Assembly (NCBI GenBank): GCA_934130285.1
Contig: CAKOXT010000006.1
Location: 19,115-83,114, forward strand
Length of the DNA stretch: 64,000 nucleotides
Direction of reading: 5' to 3'
From: an uncultured Clostridia bacterium
Lineage (GTDB): Bacteria; Bacillota; Clostridia; TANB77; CAG-508
Of this stretch, positions 1 to 11,000 are shown in pieces. Position numbers and translations under genes: made by a program. Under the pieces are notes generated by a model that was not told where the DNA came from, made no database searches, and saw only the letters and a list, made by a program, of their open reading frames with translations. Each line of letters starts with the position of its first letter. Position 1 is the stretch's first letter.

Positions 1-2089
1 TGGCTCCTCCAACCATATTACTATCATCTCTTGATGATGTAGCAGCAACTGTTTGAACATCACCAGCACTTGCTGAACCAGATCCTGTTGATGTAGTTTT
101 TGACAACACATTTACACCCTGTGTCCAATGAATCTCTAAGAAATTACCTTTATAATATTCATATTTTCCACCAGCTGTTAAATATTGAAAATCAAATTTA
201 AAGTTTTTAATTTTGGCTAAATTATCTAAATAATCAATTTCAATATAAAATTCTTCACCAGATGAAGGATATGGATAATCCTCATCAGTATCTAATGCAT
301 TTCTAGCTGTATCATGGCCATAATTTGTACTTTCATCATTTGTATTTGAGTATACAAATCTATAATTCTTTCCTAATTGAAGTACACTATTTCCATCTTC
401 ATCAACTAATTCATTACCTTGAGCATCTGTTCCAACTAGTATTGAATTAGAAATTCCTGAAAAACTTACCTTAGGTCTGTCACCTTGTTTTGTAACAGCT
501 CTTAAATAGTTAACCTTAAATGGTCCAACTATATACTTATTTGTATCACTATTAAATCTTGTTTGAACTTTTGAAGTATCTTCAGGTTCAAATGAAACTT
601 TATAGTCAATTTTAAATGTTGTATCCTCATTTCTTTCTAATTTTGATACATCACTTACACCTGTAACTTGTTTTATATAATTTTCAAAGTCAGTAGCCTC
701 ATTAGCTAAATCAGTATCTTTTATACTTGCTGAGTCAGCATTATGACCAACTGTTTTCTTTTTCCACCATGCATGTTGAACATATGTATAAGGAGCATAT
801 TCATCACTAATTTGTACATAGTAAAATTTATTTCCTTCTTTTCTTACATATTTTTCTTCACCAGGGTTTCCAACAATATAAATTTCTTGTCCATCTATAT
901 TTGTTTTTGTTGCATCATTAGATGTTGCAGCAGTTACATTATTACCTTTAATTTCTTTTAATCTATATGCAACTCTAAAACCTAAACTAGCAACATCTTC
1001 TTTAATTGGTTGTGAATTATATCCTGAGTATGAATTTTCCAATTTAATTTTGTCATTACTACTTAAATCATATACTTTATTCTTAGCAGCATATATTACA
1101 ATTCCCTCTTCACCGCTTCTATTTAAGAAAACAATATCTCCGGCTTGCAAATCATCAATATTTGTGATCTCTGTAAATCCTTGATTCTTGCAGTAATCTT
1201 CAATAGATTCATCTCCAACATCATATCCACATGAATATAATGCCCATTTTATAAGATGAGTGTTGTTAATTTTTTCATTCCAAACAACATTCTTATCTAA
1301 AGGTATAGTATCTGAATCTCCAAACTCATATCCATTTGACTTAGCAAATTTTGCAATACTTCTAACATTATCTACAAAAGTTGACATTGTATTACCTTGT
1401 GTAGTTAATGTTTGTGAAGGAGTAGGTCCTGTGTACTCTTCTCCTGTATTACTTACTATTGTAGCTGTTTTACCAGGAACATTATTATCAAACTCAGCCA
1501 AAACCCAAGCCTCAGCTGGAGTACATAATCTTGTTTCAGCTAAATTAAATTTAGCTAAAGTCTTACTTGTTGTATTTTCATATTTTGTTGTATATGTTGC
1601 TCCAAAACCTGTCCATTCGTTCAAGTTTCTAAATACTGTTGCAGCCGGTATATCATTTGCTGTTAAATAAGCTGTTTCTTTTCCTTGGTCAGTAGTACTT
1701 GTAGATCTTCCACCACTTGTTACAACTGTACTTCCCATACCAGGTAAAGCAACACCTTTAGCAGAACAGAATAAACTAGGTATGCTAATTAAATCTTCAT
1801 ATGTAATATAAATTCCACCATCTCTTACCTGACTAGAATCAACTAATTCTGATAATGTTGGTGCAGATGGATTTTTTAAAATTACCTTTCCATCTGAATC
1901 CTTTTTTCCATTCCATTCAGCAACAGCAGTAGTACCTCTCGCAACAGAATCCGCTGTAGTCTGTGCCGCTGACTTAGCAGCAGCCCAAACTTCTTGATTC
2001 GTAATTCTTGCATATATAAATAAGCTTAGTAATAGTATGAATGCAATTGTAAATATTATTTTAGACGTTTTCTTTAATTTATTTATCAT
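1..2089 (-). CDS. giant surface protein, family B paralog, 5' partial in window (N-terminal 696 aa; runs off window start)
   Basis: Hand-translated reverse complement. The ATG at 2087-2089 overlaps the TGA stop (2086-2088) of the upstream 1785-aa gene as ATGA, with a GGAGGTGA SD upstream. The N-terminus is a signal/TM segment (MINKLKKTSKIIFTIAFILLLSLFIYA). The frame stays open to position 1. Several blocks are paralogous to the 2041-aa protein, e.g. TNKYIVGPFKVNYL vs NRKYKVGPFSVEYL and EEFYIEIDYLDNLAKIKNFKFDFQYLTAGGKYEYYKGNF vs ENFYIEINYQEGIESIVNLKFYFRYLEASGGYTLYEGNI. Not in the supplied ORF track because it is open-ended. Confidence 0.7.
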   Translation of the reverse strand, partial: MINKLKKTSKIIFTIAFILLLSLFIYARITNQEVWAAAKSAAQTTADSVARGTTAVAEWNGKKDSDGKVILKNPSAPTLSELVDSSQVRDGGIYITYEDLISIPSLFCSAKGVALPGMGSTVVTSGGRSTSTTDQGKETAYLTANDIPAATVFRNLNEWTGFGATYTTKYENTTSKTLAKFNLAETRLCTPAEAWVLAEFDNNVPGKTATIVSNTGEEYTGPTPSQTLTTQGNTMSTFVDNVRSIAKFAKSNGYEFGDSDTIPLDKNVVWNEKINNTHLIKWALYSCGYDVGDESIEDYCKNQGFTEITNIDDLQAGDIVFLNRSGEEGIVIYAAKNKVYDLSSNDKIKLENSYSGYNSQPIKEDVASLGFRVAYRLKEIKGNNVTAATSNDATKTNIDGQEIYIVGNPGEEKYVRKEGNKFYYVQISDEYAPYTYVQHAWWKKKTVGHNADSASIKDTDLANEATDFENYIKQVTGVSDVSKLERNEDTTFKIDYKVSFEPEDTSKVQTRFNSDTNKYIVGPFKVNYLRAVTKQGDRPKVSFSGISNSILVGTDAQGNELVDEDGNSVLQLGKNYRFVYSNTNDESTNYGHDTARNALDTDEDYPYPSSGEEFYIEIDYLDNLAKIKNFKFDFQYLTAGGKYEYYKGNFLEIHWTQGVNVLSKTTSTGSGSASAGDVQTVAATSSRDDSNMVGGA

Positions 2090-5000
2090 ACTATCACCTC
2101 CTTATTTTTCTTATCAATCTGTATCTTAATTACATACAGAGCAATCAGTACCGTTATCAGAGTAGTACTTATAATCATTAAATTGATCATACTTCCACCA
2201 GTTTGAATACCAATGATTAAATCAACCTTACTCATATCATCTTCATCTTGAGCTTGGTTTCCAGGAATAGAATCTATATCTTCAATTGCATACTCATTAT
2301 ATGTCTCTGCAATTTCAAAAGTATTATTTATAATTCCATTTCCATTTTCAGTCATTTGTTTTGTTAATATTAATTTAATTTCTTTTGTTTCACCTGGTTG
2401 AATTAATATATCTTCAAGTTGATTTGTATATGCATTACCATCTGAACCTACATACCATCCATTATTCATGCTTGTATCAAGTTCTAATCCCTCAGGTAAA
2501 TAATCAACTATTGATTTGGCATATCCTGATATCTCTCCTCTGTTTGTAACACTAATTGTATATTCCGCAAATATTTTTGAAGAATTTACATACTTAGGAT
2601 TTATATCAATCTTAGCAAGTTTAGGATTTTCCATTTCGTAAGTATTTGCACCTTCATCATTTTGAACTGTTACTTTATTAAGGTTAGCATCCAATGATAA
2701 ATCAAATATTCCTGCTCTTACTAAACCAATGTCAATATCAGATATACTTGTATCTGTTACTTTAATTTTATCAGTTACTGCTTTATAATTTGAAACTATA
2801 GCATCTGAATTTCTATCAGAATTTACACCCTGCTTCTTATAATCTGTAACTGTATATTTTGAAGAATCATATTCAAATCTTACATAATACTCACCAGGAG
2901 TTACATTTTCAAAAATGTACTCTCCGACATTGTTTGTAACTGTTTGTCCTACAACATCTTGTGTAGCTGCATCACATAAAACAGCAACTACATTTGCCAT
3001 TCCCTCTTCATCATCATCTCTTTGTCCATTTTTATTCATATCAACAAATGCTTTACCTATTATTCTATATACATTATTAGAAATCTGAACTTCTGATTTT
3101 TGAGCTTCTTTTGATGTTCCATTAACAACAACAATATCTTCTGTCGTTTCTTTTTCTTCGTTATTTGTTCCAATAATTATTTCTTCATACGTATTATCTG
3201 TAACATCAGGACTTTGTTGAATTATATTCTCTATCTTATTTGTACTAGCAACAGATAAGTTAGTTCCACCAATATTCCATTTATTCTCTGCCAAAGTCTC
3301 ATCTACTACGTTAGATAAATTCTGAGCTGTACAGTTCAATACAACCTCAGCAGTCTCACCAACGCCTAAGTTTAATGTTAATGTTGGATTTTCAGAAGAT
3401 AATGCTGAGAATACATATCCTTCTTTATTACATTCAACAGATGTAACTCTAAATTCACTTGGCATTTCATTTTTCAAATCAATTTGCGTTGCTTCTGCTG
3501 TACCAGTATTTTTTAGTTTTAAAACATATTGTACTGTATCGCCTTCTTTTACATATCTGTTATCATTAGTTGAATAGTATGTTGCTTCTATTTGTGGTCT
3601 ACCCAATGTGTTCTTAACTTCATTAGATACATATTCTTTTGTAAGTCCATTTGCTATAACTCTAGATGAAGTAGTTAAATCACTTTGTAAATCTGAAATA
3701 TTATTTGTTTTAATAGTTAATTTAAATGTTTTAAATATTTCTAATTTATCCACATTCCATGTAACAGTTCTGTTTTGTGCATCGTATATACCATTTGCAC
3801 CTCTTCTTGTTGTAAGTCCATCATCATTAAACTCTTCTACATATGCATCAACAACATCAACATTCTCTGGTATTGTCTGAATTACTCTTACGTTACTTAA
3901 ATCTTTTCCTTGAACATTAACAACATGCGTTGTATATTCAATTGTATTATTTTCTGCAATCACTCTATCTTGTAAGTTAGCATCCAATTCAATATTTATT
4001 TCTGCTGCTTGTATTGGTAATGACTCAGTAGTTGTATAAATAGGTGTTTCCAATCCTTCAGCTTCTACATTGCTATTAGTTTCTATATATGTTCTATCTG
4101 CTGTTTCTTTATTAACCTCAACCTCATATGTAGCTTCTTCAGTTTTTCCAGGAGCCACATCACCTAAATTAATCTTAAGTTCTGTAACATCTGGTCTTAA
4201 TTCACCATTTTCAACATAAGTTGTTCCATCAGGAATAATACTATTTACAACAGTATCAGCAGAAACTGTTCTACCTTCATTAGTAACTCTAACTGTATAT
4301 TTAATATGTTGTCCTTCAACAACTGAAGCTTCATCAGTATCAGAAACAGTTTCAACTTTAAGAACTGGAGCATTACCAGTTGTTAATACAACCTTATCTG
4401 CTTCAACAACTCCTTCTGTTTTAGTTCCTGTATAATATGTTCCAAAAGTTCCTATTAAGTCTAAGTTATTAGTTAAATTTGCTGGAATTTCAAAATCATA
4501 AGCAAATGATAATATGCTTCCTGATTTAACTACTTCATTAACTACTATTAAATATGATTTAACATTAGCTAATGATTCAGGTTCTACTGTCCATCCATTT
4601 GATGGTTCTTCTAAATCATCAGTAGCATCTCCATTTTCTGAATAATAAACTGTAGTTGTAAATCCACCAGTTTCAGAAATAATCTTTGATGTCATAGGAA
4701 CTGTTGTATTTGTACCTAATGCTTCTCCTGAAACAATAGATTTATTTCCATCAAATATTGTTCTTCCTAAAATATGAACATCACTTAACTCTTCATTTGT
4801 ATTATTAATTACAATCATTTTCATCTCAGCTGCCTTAGCATCTGTAAATGGTGTAATTGAATCTTCTTTTCTTCCTTGATTTACAGAAATCAAAGAACTG
4901 TCAGCTTTGTAATTTGAAACCATTTGAGCATTTACAAGACCTTCTGGAGCAACAATATTAAGCTCTGTATCATATGTTCCCTGTCTTCCTATTAACATAT

Positions 5001-7443
5001 AAGAAGATGGTGGAGTTATCATTGTCCAATCTGAACTCATAACATAATTTGTAGCATCTTCATTGTAGTAGTTCATTATAACAGCTTCATTTTTTGAGGC
5101 TGTATACATATCTACTTTCATATCTGTGTTTAAAATAACTGTTGTACCCTTAGCAGAATCACCAGCTGTGTATTGAGCTTGTGTTCCGTTTAATGTAATT
5201 TTAAGTACTATTCTATCTTCGCTATCTCTTAAAGTTTCAACATTAGCTATTTCTAATTCATCATTTCCATATAATAAGTTCATATCTTTAATATTGATAT
5301 TTTTTATTTCCTTTGGAAATGTCAATTCAAACACTGGATTTTTGTAAACATCACTTGTTGCATTAGCATTATTTAATGAAATATTAATTTCAATATCTTC
5401 ATTATCAACTAATGTACTTAGATCTGTTCTACTTAATGAAAGTGTTGCTCCTGTTGATGTTTCTGTTAGATCTGTTGAAACTGTTTTATCACCAACTTCT
5501 GTAACAATACCTTCTTCCAACTCAGCTAAACCAGTAAAGCTTTCCTCTAAACCTCTAAACATTGTTAAATCAACTTTCTCATAAGTTGTTTTTGTCATAG
5601 TCTTTTTAGCAACAACATTTAAGATTCCATCTCCTGTTGGATTATTTATTCTCATTAATATCTTTCCAATTTTACTCTCCCCAAAGTCAATTGTGATATA
5701 TCCATCGCCATCATCATTAGTATCTTTATTAATTTGAATTAATGAAGTTCCATCTTCACGTAATAATTCAAAACTTCCTGTATCACCAATAATTGATTGC
5801 AAGTTGCTTTTGTTTAATTTTATTTCTTTATAGTAAGTATTTTCTCCTTGCTCTGTTGATGTGTTATATCCATTTCCATAATCATCAACAAAATATTCTG
5901 TTCCTTCTGCTATTTGAACTGTTTTTACTAAATCTACTCTTGAAATATTTATATCAAATGTATTGTCATATACAATGCTGTATTCAGGTTCATTTGAATT
6001 ACCATTTGCATATAAATATCCTTTGCTTACTTCTGCTGTTCTTCTTGAAACATCATAAGTAATTATATTTGAATTTGCCTGAGATAAATCATATTCTTTT
6101 TCTATTGCATTAGAGATTTCATTTGTGTTTGTACTTGTAAATACTGTTGATTTTGCACTAACATTTGCTTTTAAAATTCCATCTGTTAAATCTGAATAAT
6201 CTTCATATGTATATGAAATAATGTATTCATCATTTCCATTATTCATTTTGTATTTTCCATCTTTTTCTGGATTGTTTACATTTATGAAGACTTTACCATT
6301 TTCATAAGACCAGTTCTCAACAGTAAATAATGTTTCACCATTTAAAAGTCCATTTGTGAATCCTGTACTAATTGCTGTAACATTAACGTCTTTTATTGCA
6401 GCACCATCAATAGCTGGTAATTCAACTTTTACGTTTGTATCCTTAACAGGTAATTGATTTTTAGTATCTGTTCCAACTGTAACTTTTATTTGAACTAATG
6501 CTTGTCTTGCTCCATTTTTATTATAAGGAATAAATTTTTCAACATCACTTCCAACTACTAAATTTATATCATTAGAAATATCTAAAACAGGTTTAGTAGA
6601 TTTTGTTATTATTGATTCATTTCCTTCCTCATCAACATATGTTCCTAATAAACTTAGTTCAACTCCAGATTGAAGTTTATTCATATCTATTGATTCTTCA
6701 TTCTTAAGTTCTATTGGAATATAAACTTTTATTTCTGTTCCACCATTAATTTGTTTTAACTTAATTTTGCTTTCATCAATTGATTGAATATATTCTCCAA
6801 ATGAAATATTGTCTTTTAATTTGAAAGTTTGATTAGCTAAATCTTTTATATCAACTTTAGCATTCTTTAAATAACCACTTGATTTAACACCTAATGTAAT
6901 TTCGATTGCTAATCCATCTTGAAGTTTTTGTCCTTCTGTTACTTTCTCCTCTTGAGCATCTTTCGTATCTTCTTCAACTGGTTGTTCTTCATCTGTTGAA
7001 TCATTTGTATTATCTGTAGCCACAACTTCATTTGAAACATTTTCATCAGTCATAGTATCTTTTTCCGTATCAGCCGTGTTTTCATCTGATTCTGCAACTA
7101 CATTCTCTGACGTTGTATCCTCTACTGGATTTTCAACATCATCTTGTGATTGTTCTTCATCAACCACATTTTGTTCAACACTACCCACTGTATCTGTACT
7201 TGAATTAGCCTCATCTGTACCAACTTGTACATCAGTCGTTGTATCTTCAGTCTGATCTGTCTGCTCTTCATCTTGTGTATTCGTAATCATCACAAACTGT
7301 GCAGAATAATTGATAACATCACTTGAGTCATCAGCTGCATAAGAAACCAACGCAGATCCAAGGGTTGCAAAATTGCTAAATGCAAGCATAAATACAATTA
7401 AGCTAGCTATGAACTTGTTCTTGAAATCTCTTTTCTTTTGCAT
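2086..7443 (-). CDS. giant cell-surface protein, family A (signal peptide, acidic D/E/T-rich stalk, SdrD-B/Cna-B-like and DUF11-like repeats, C-terminal TM anchor with basic tail)
   Basis: 1785-aa ORF with a strong SD (GGAGGTAAATA-ATG). The N-terminus MQKKRDFKNKFIASLIVFMLAF is a signal peptide. It carries a GEYIFENVTPGEYYVRFEYD SdrD-B-like motif and a DUF11-like segment (TISVTNRGEISGYAKSIVDYLPEGLE). The C-terminus is IGIQTGGSMINLMIISTTLITVLIALYVIKIQIDKKNK. It is collinear and homologous with the 1613-aa protein. Confidence 0.75.
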   Translation of the reverse strand: MQKKRDFKNKFIASLIVFMLAFSNFATLGSALVSYAADDSSDVINYSAQFVMITNTQDEEQTDQTEDTTTDVQVGTDEANSSTDTVGSVEQNVVDEEQSQDDVENPVEDTTSENVVAESDENTADTEKDTMTDENVSNEVVATDNTNDSTDEEQPVEEDTKDAQEEKVTEGQKLQDGLAIEITLGVKSSGYLKNAKVDIKDLANQTFKLKDNISFGEYIQSIDESKIKLKQINGGTEIKVYIPIELKNEESIDMNKLQSGVELSLLGTYVDEEGNESIITKSTKPVLDISNDINLVVGSDVEKFIPYNKNGARQALVQIKVTVGTDTKNQLPVKDTNVKVELPAIDGAAIKDVNVTAISTGFTNGLLNGETLFTVENWSYENGKVFINVNNPEKDGKYKMNNGNDEYIISYTYEDYSDLTDGILKANVSAKSTVFTSTNTNEISNAIEKEYDLSQANSNIITYDVSRRTAEVSKGYLYANGNSNEPEYSIVYDNTFDINISRVDLVKTVQIAEGTEYFVDDYGNGYNTSTEQGENTYYKEIKLNKSNLQSIIGDTGSFELLREDGTSLIQINKDTNDDGDGYITIDFGESKIGKILMRINNPTGDGILNVVAKKTMTKTTYEKVDLTMFRGLEESFTGLAELEEGIVTEVGDKTVSTDLTETSTGATLSLSRTDLSTLVDNEDIEINISLNNANATSDVYKNPVFELTFPKEIKNINIKDMNLLYGNDELEIANVETLRDSEDRIVLKITLNGTQAQYTAGDSAKGTTVILNTDMKVDMYTASKNEAVIMNYYNEDATNYVMSSDWTMITPPSSYMLIGRQGTYDTELNIVAPEGLVNAQMVSNYKADSSLISVNQGRKEDSITPFTDAKAAEMKMIVINNTNEELSDVHILGRTIFDGNKSIVSGEALGTNTTVPMTSKIISETGGFTTTVYYSENGDATDDLEEPSNGWTVEPESLANVKSYLIVVNEVVKSGSILSFAYDFEIPANLTNNLDLIGTFGTYYTGTKTEGVVEADKVVLTTGNAPVLKVETVSDTDEASVVEGQHIKYTVRVTNEGRTVSADTVVNSIIPDGTTYVENGELRPDVTELKINLGDVAPGKTEEATYEVEVNKETADRTYIETNSNVEAEGLETPIYTTTESLPIQAAEINIELDANLQDRVIAENNTIEYTTHVVNVQGKDLSNVRVIQTIPENVDVVDAYVEEFNDDGLTTRRGANGIYDAQNRTVTWNVDKLEIFKTFKLTIKTNNISDLQSDLTTSSRVIANGLTKEYVSNEVKNTLGRPQIEATYYSTNDNRYVKEGDTVQYVLKLKNTGTAEATQIDLKNEMPSEFRVTSVECNKEGYVFSALSSENPTLTLNLGVGETAEVVLNCTAQNLSNVVDETLAENKWNIGGTNLSVASTNKIENIIQQSPDVTDNTYEEIIIGTNNEEKETTEDIVVVNGTSKEAQKSEVQISNNVYRIIGKAFVDMNKNGQRDDDEEGMANVVAVLCDAATQDVVGQTVTNNVGEYIFENVTPGEYYVRFEYDSSKYTVTDYKKQGVNSDRNSDAIVSNYKAVTDKIKVTDTSISDIDIGLVRAGIFDLSLDANLNKVTVQNDEGANTYEMENPKLAKIDINPKYVNSSKIFAEYTISVTNRGEISGYAKSIVDYLPEGLELDTSMNNGWYVGSDGNAYTNQLEDILIQPGETKEIKLILTKQMTENGNGIINNTFEIAETYNEYAIEDIDSIPGNQAQDEDDMSKVDLIIGIQTGGSMINLMIISTTLITVLIALYVIKIQIDKKNKEVIV

Positions 7444-7489
7444 TATTTACCTCCACAAATCTTTTGGCTTTTTTATTCTTATAATCCTT

Positions 7490-7525
7490 ATTTTAAAGAG
7501 TAAAAAAAATCTGTCAATTTTATTT
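7490..7525 (-). promoter_or_regulatory. candidate sigma-A-type promoter for the 1785-aa gene (TTGACA at 7513-7518 on minus strand; weak -10)
   Basis: TTGACA lies about 70 nt upstream of the start codon. The downstream AT-rich region has no clean TATAAT, so this is tentative. Confidence 0.25.
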
Positions 7526-7693
7526 TTTTCCAATATTGCATTTTTAAGAATTCACACACAAAAATACTATTACGGAAAATAGTACATTATGAGCTATTTT
7601 ACATTTTGATTAAATTTTTAGACACATTTTATCGAATATGCTCGATTAGTTTACATATTATTTTTATGGAAACCTTTTTTCCTTGTTTTGTTC

Positions 7694-7731
7694 AAGTTAT
7701 CCACATACTTATACACCTCTGTGGATAACTT
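7694..7731. promoter_or_regulatory. perfect 12-bp inverted repeat containing two consensus DnaA boxes (TTATCCACA / TGTGGATAA) separated by 14 bp
   Basis: AAGTTATCCACA tacttatacacctc TGTGGATAACTT. Each arm contains the 9-mer TTATCCACA. It lies between the terminator of the 2041-aa gene and the promoter/start of the 1785-aa gene. Confidence 0.5.
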
Positions 7732-7952
7732 TTGCTTTTTCTTCACCCTCGTTGAACAACACATCTAATTTCATTTAATACTTATTTTTGATAATAGGAA
7801 AAAGTTCATATATTTTTTGTGCAATATTGATATTTGTAATTATTAATGTTAACTAACGAATTTCTTTTATATCAAACTTATTCTTAAATCATCACAGCTA
7901 AGCCTAGCAATACATCTAATTAATGCAATAATTATCACCAAGTATGAATACA

Positions 7953-7990
7953 GAAAAAGAACGTAGATTATTTAAAATCTACGTTCTTTA
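7953..7990 (-). terminator. rho-independent terminator after the 2041-aa gene
   Basis: 13-bp stem AAGAACGTAGATT / AATCTACGTTCTT with a 6-nt loop, followed on the minus strand by a T-run. It sits 20 bp downstream of the stop at 8006. Confidence 0.7.
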
Positions 7991-8005
7991 AATTTAGATA
8001 TATAC

Positions 8006-11000
8006 TTAGTCTTCTTTTCTTTTACGAAATATCTGTACTTGTTTTACTCCAAACATTACCATCATAATTACTATAGTTCCAACTAATATTGCTATTGGTA
8101 CAATGTAATTCTTAATATATGTTCTTAACGCTATACCTGTAGGAGCTATAACTGTTACATACTCAGGTGACCATGCATCATTTTCTGGATATTGCGTCCA
8201 GTCTTTTTTCATTTCTTCTTTTTTCTGTTGCTTCTCCTCTGCAGTAAGACTTGCAAATTCAGGTTTTTCATCTACTTTTTTATTAATTGCAACATCCCAA
8301 TATGCCTCACTATTAAATCCTGCATACCATACGCCTTGTTCTCCAGTACCTACTGCTAAATTATTTACTATTGCCATTGCGTTACCTGGTACAGAATTTG
8401 TATCACGTCTACCTGTTGGGTTAGAATATACTAATACCTCTGCCAAGTTGTCAATCTTCATTTGATTTGCATCTGTTCCTGAAGAAGCAGTCTTAGCAAC
8501 TGTTATTTCAATATTAGATATTGCATCTTGCTTATCCTCCAATTTAGAATATGCTTCTGGAATTAATTCTCTGGTTAAATCTGTATTATATCTACTTGTA
8601 CCTGCGCCAACACCGTTTAAATACTCAACTCTTCCTGCATCCTTGTCATTGTCCTTTGTTGTTGACATTTCTCTATGGCTCTGTAAAGTACCTAATCTTT
8701 CATTATATGATATAGCAATATTTGATCTTGTATTATTTATATACTCTCTATCCTTATCATCATAAATATTAAATAATCCATTATCTGAAATCTTTCTATA
8801 TGATGATTTTGACAATAATCCGTTTAATGATTTATTATAACCATTTGCTTCTTTTTCTAATCCTGAAAGATCCCATGTAGCATCTGTTACTGAACCTTGA
8901 TAATCTAAACTTGCATCTATGTCAATATAATCTACAACTTGATCAACTGTTGTTTTTACAACATTATCTGCTGGATATATAACTGTTGGATTTTGTACTG
9001 CATCATTCAAATAAGATTTTACTATCACTGTTCCAGATGCAGTTTCTGAAATAGCATTTTCATAATAGAATCTTCCTACATATCTACCATAAATTATTAC
9101 TTTAGGTCTAATTGTATCTTCATTTCGATTTTCATTAGCTCCTATAACAATATCTTTCAATCCTGGATCATCTTTTGCCAATATTTCAGCTAATGTAGCA
9201 TTTGAAGCCACTCCTTCATCATTATCTACATTATTTTTCATATCATCAATAATGTTCTCAGTTAATTTATCTGTTGGAGCAATTGTTGCCATATTAACAA
9301 TATCTTCTGCTCTATATAAGTTAGCAATTTTTCCAGTGAAATCTACCTCAGACACGTTTCTAATTTTAATCTTATATGTAATTTTTAAAGTTAAATCATT
9401 TAAATAATCATCTTCAACAGCAATTGCATAGAATCCTTGTTGTACAAGTCCTGCTTTTTCATGAGAAAGGTATGTTAACTTATCAAGATGCATAGCATTT
9501 GTATCTTCTTTAATAACCTCACCATTCTCTAGCATAGTAGCATTAAATATTACTTCACCACTCTTAATCATACTAATACTTTTAATGTATTTCTCAAGTT
9601 TAATATCTGTATTAGCTCTTTCCTCTAAACCAAAGTTGATGTTTTTAATTGTGTATCTATGTTGTTCAACTCGTTGTTTTTTATCAGCATCCTTTTCTAC
9701 CTTCTCTTGATATAAATCATTTGAAGGTTTTTCAAGAGTTCTAGGATCCTCGATTTCGATTTGCATTATTGGAGTTTCAGCAAACATTCTTGTTGATTCA
9801 ATAAACTCAGCTGAATTTCTTTCTCTCAATAACTCGCCTCTATCATTTTCAATAGTTCTTGAATATGCATCAACAACCATTCTTCTTGATTCATTATCTC
9901 TTGCTTTAGAAACTGCCGTATCAATAAAGCTTTTTCCGTCTATTTTAGCAGTTAAATCTAAGTACTTATCATTCAATGTATCTAATTGTCCATCTAAGAA
10001 TTGGGTGTTTTCATAATCTTGACCATTATATTTTGAAACATTGTTATTTATTTCATTTTTATTTGCACTTCCATTTGCATTACTATAATAAGTTGTCTCT
10101 TTAGTATCAATAGAATTTGATGTACCATAGTCAAATCTTAATATATAGTCTCCTGCCAAATAACCATATATATAATAGTTACCTTGAACAGTATTTCCAT
10201 CTATATTTTGTACATCGCTTGATGATGTTTTTACTATATCATCATTTTCTGAATTAGAAGCATCTATATTGTATGCATTCTTTGAACCATAATTATAATA
10301 CTCTGTTGGTACTTTATAATAATAATCAAAACTATCATAAGTTGAATTATATGTACCATCACTATTTAATTTACCAAGACTTATAACTTCATACATTGTC
10401 ACTTCAACATTCTGTATTAATTTATCTTCAGAATCATATGAACCATTACCAACCTTTATACCATATGAACCTGTTTCAGTATTCTTAATGTCTTCCCATA
10501 CATATCCATACATATCTCTTTCATGAGTATCTATTGCAATATTTATTGGAATAGCTCTATCTGTATCATCCTCATATTTATCTCTATTTATTACATTACT
10601 TGTATCTATATTATTTGGAGCAGAATCTCTATCAACTTTACCAGATACCCAACCGCTATTAAATCCTGTGTATAATCCAGATCCATCATTATCAACCTTT
10701 GTATAGAATGTTGAATAACTTGATATCTCTGCAACATTTTGCTTATCACCCAATAAATTTACTCTAGTTTTTATATCTGCTCTTGTATACTGCATATCTT
10801 GGTATCCCTTTAAATCTACCTCATATGTAGTAAATATCTCAGCATACTGATTTGTATGAATTTTCAAAGTATCCAAAGAAGCTGTTGTTGATTTATGCAT
10901 TGTTCCTACAGAACCATCATCATCCCATACCAAGCTTTCGCCTTGATGACCTTTCATGTTTTCATCTTTAGTTTCATGCCATACATTATTTGCAGCCCCA

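Noticed and set aside
743-1670. Plus-strand ORFs of 72 and 136 aa (743..961, 1260..1670) inside the partial giant gene
   Set aside because: They are antisense to a clearly coding minus-strand frame with paralogy to the 2041-aa protein. They have no SD and an odd composition.
3608-6062. Plus-strand ORFs 3608..3880 and 5793..6062 inside the 1785-aa gene
   Set aside because: Antisense shadow ORFs, hydrophobic and low-complexity, with no RBS.
7373-7582. 69-aa plus-strand ORF spanning the start of the 1785-aa gene
   Set aside because: It overlaps the divergent SD and start region, has no RBS and is hydrophobic nonsense. More likely promoter DNA.
7694-7740. DnaA-box palindrome interpreted as a plus-strand rho-independent terminator (T-rich tail TTTTGCTTTTT follows)
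   Set aside because: No plus-strand gene lies upstream, and the 14-nt loop is long for a terminator. Kept as a regulatory-site finding instead.
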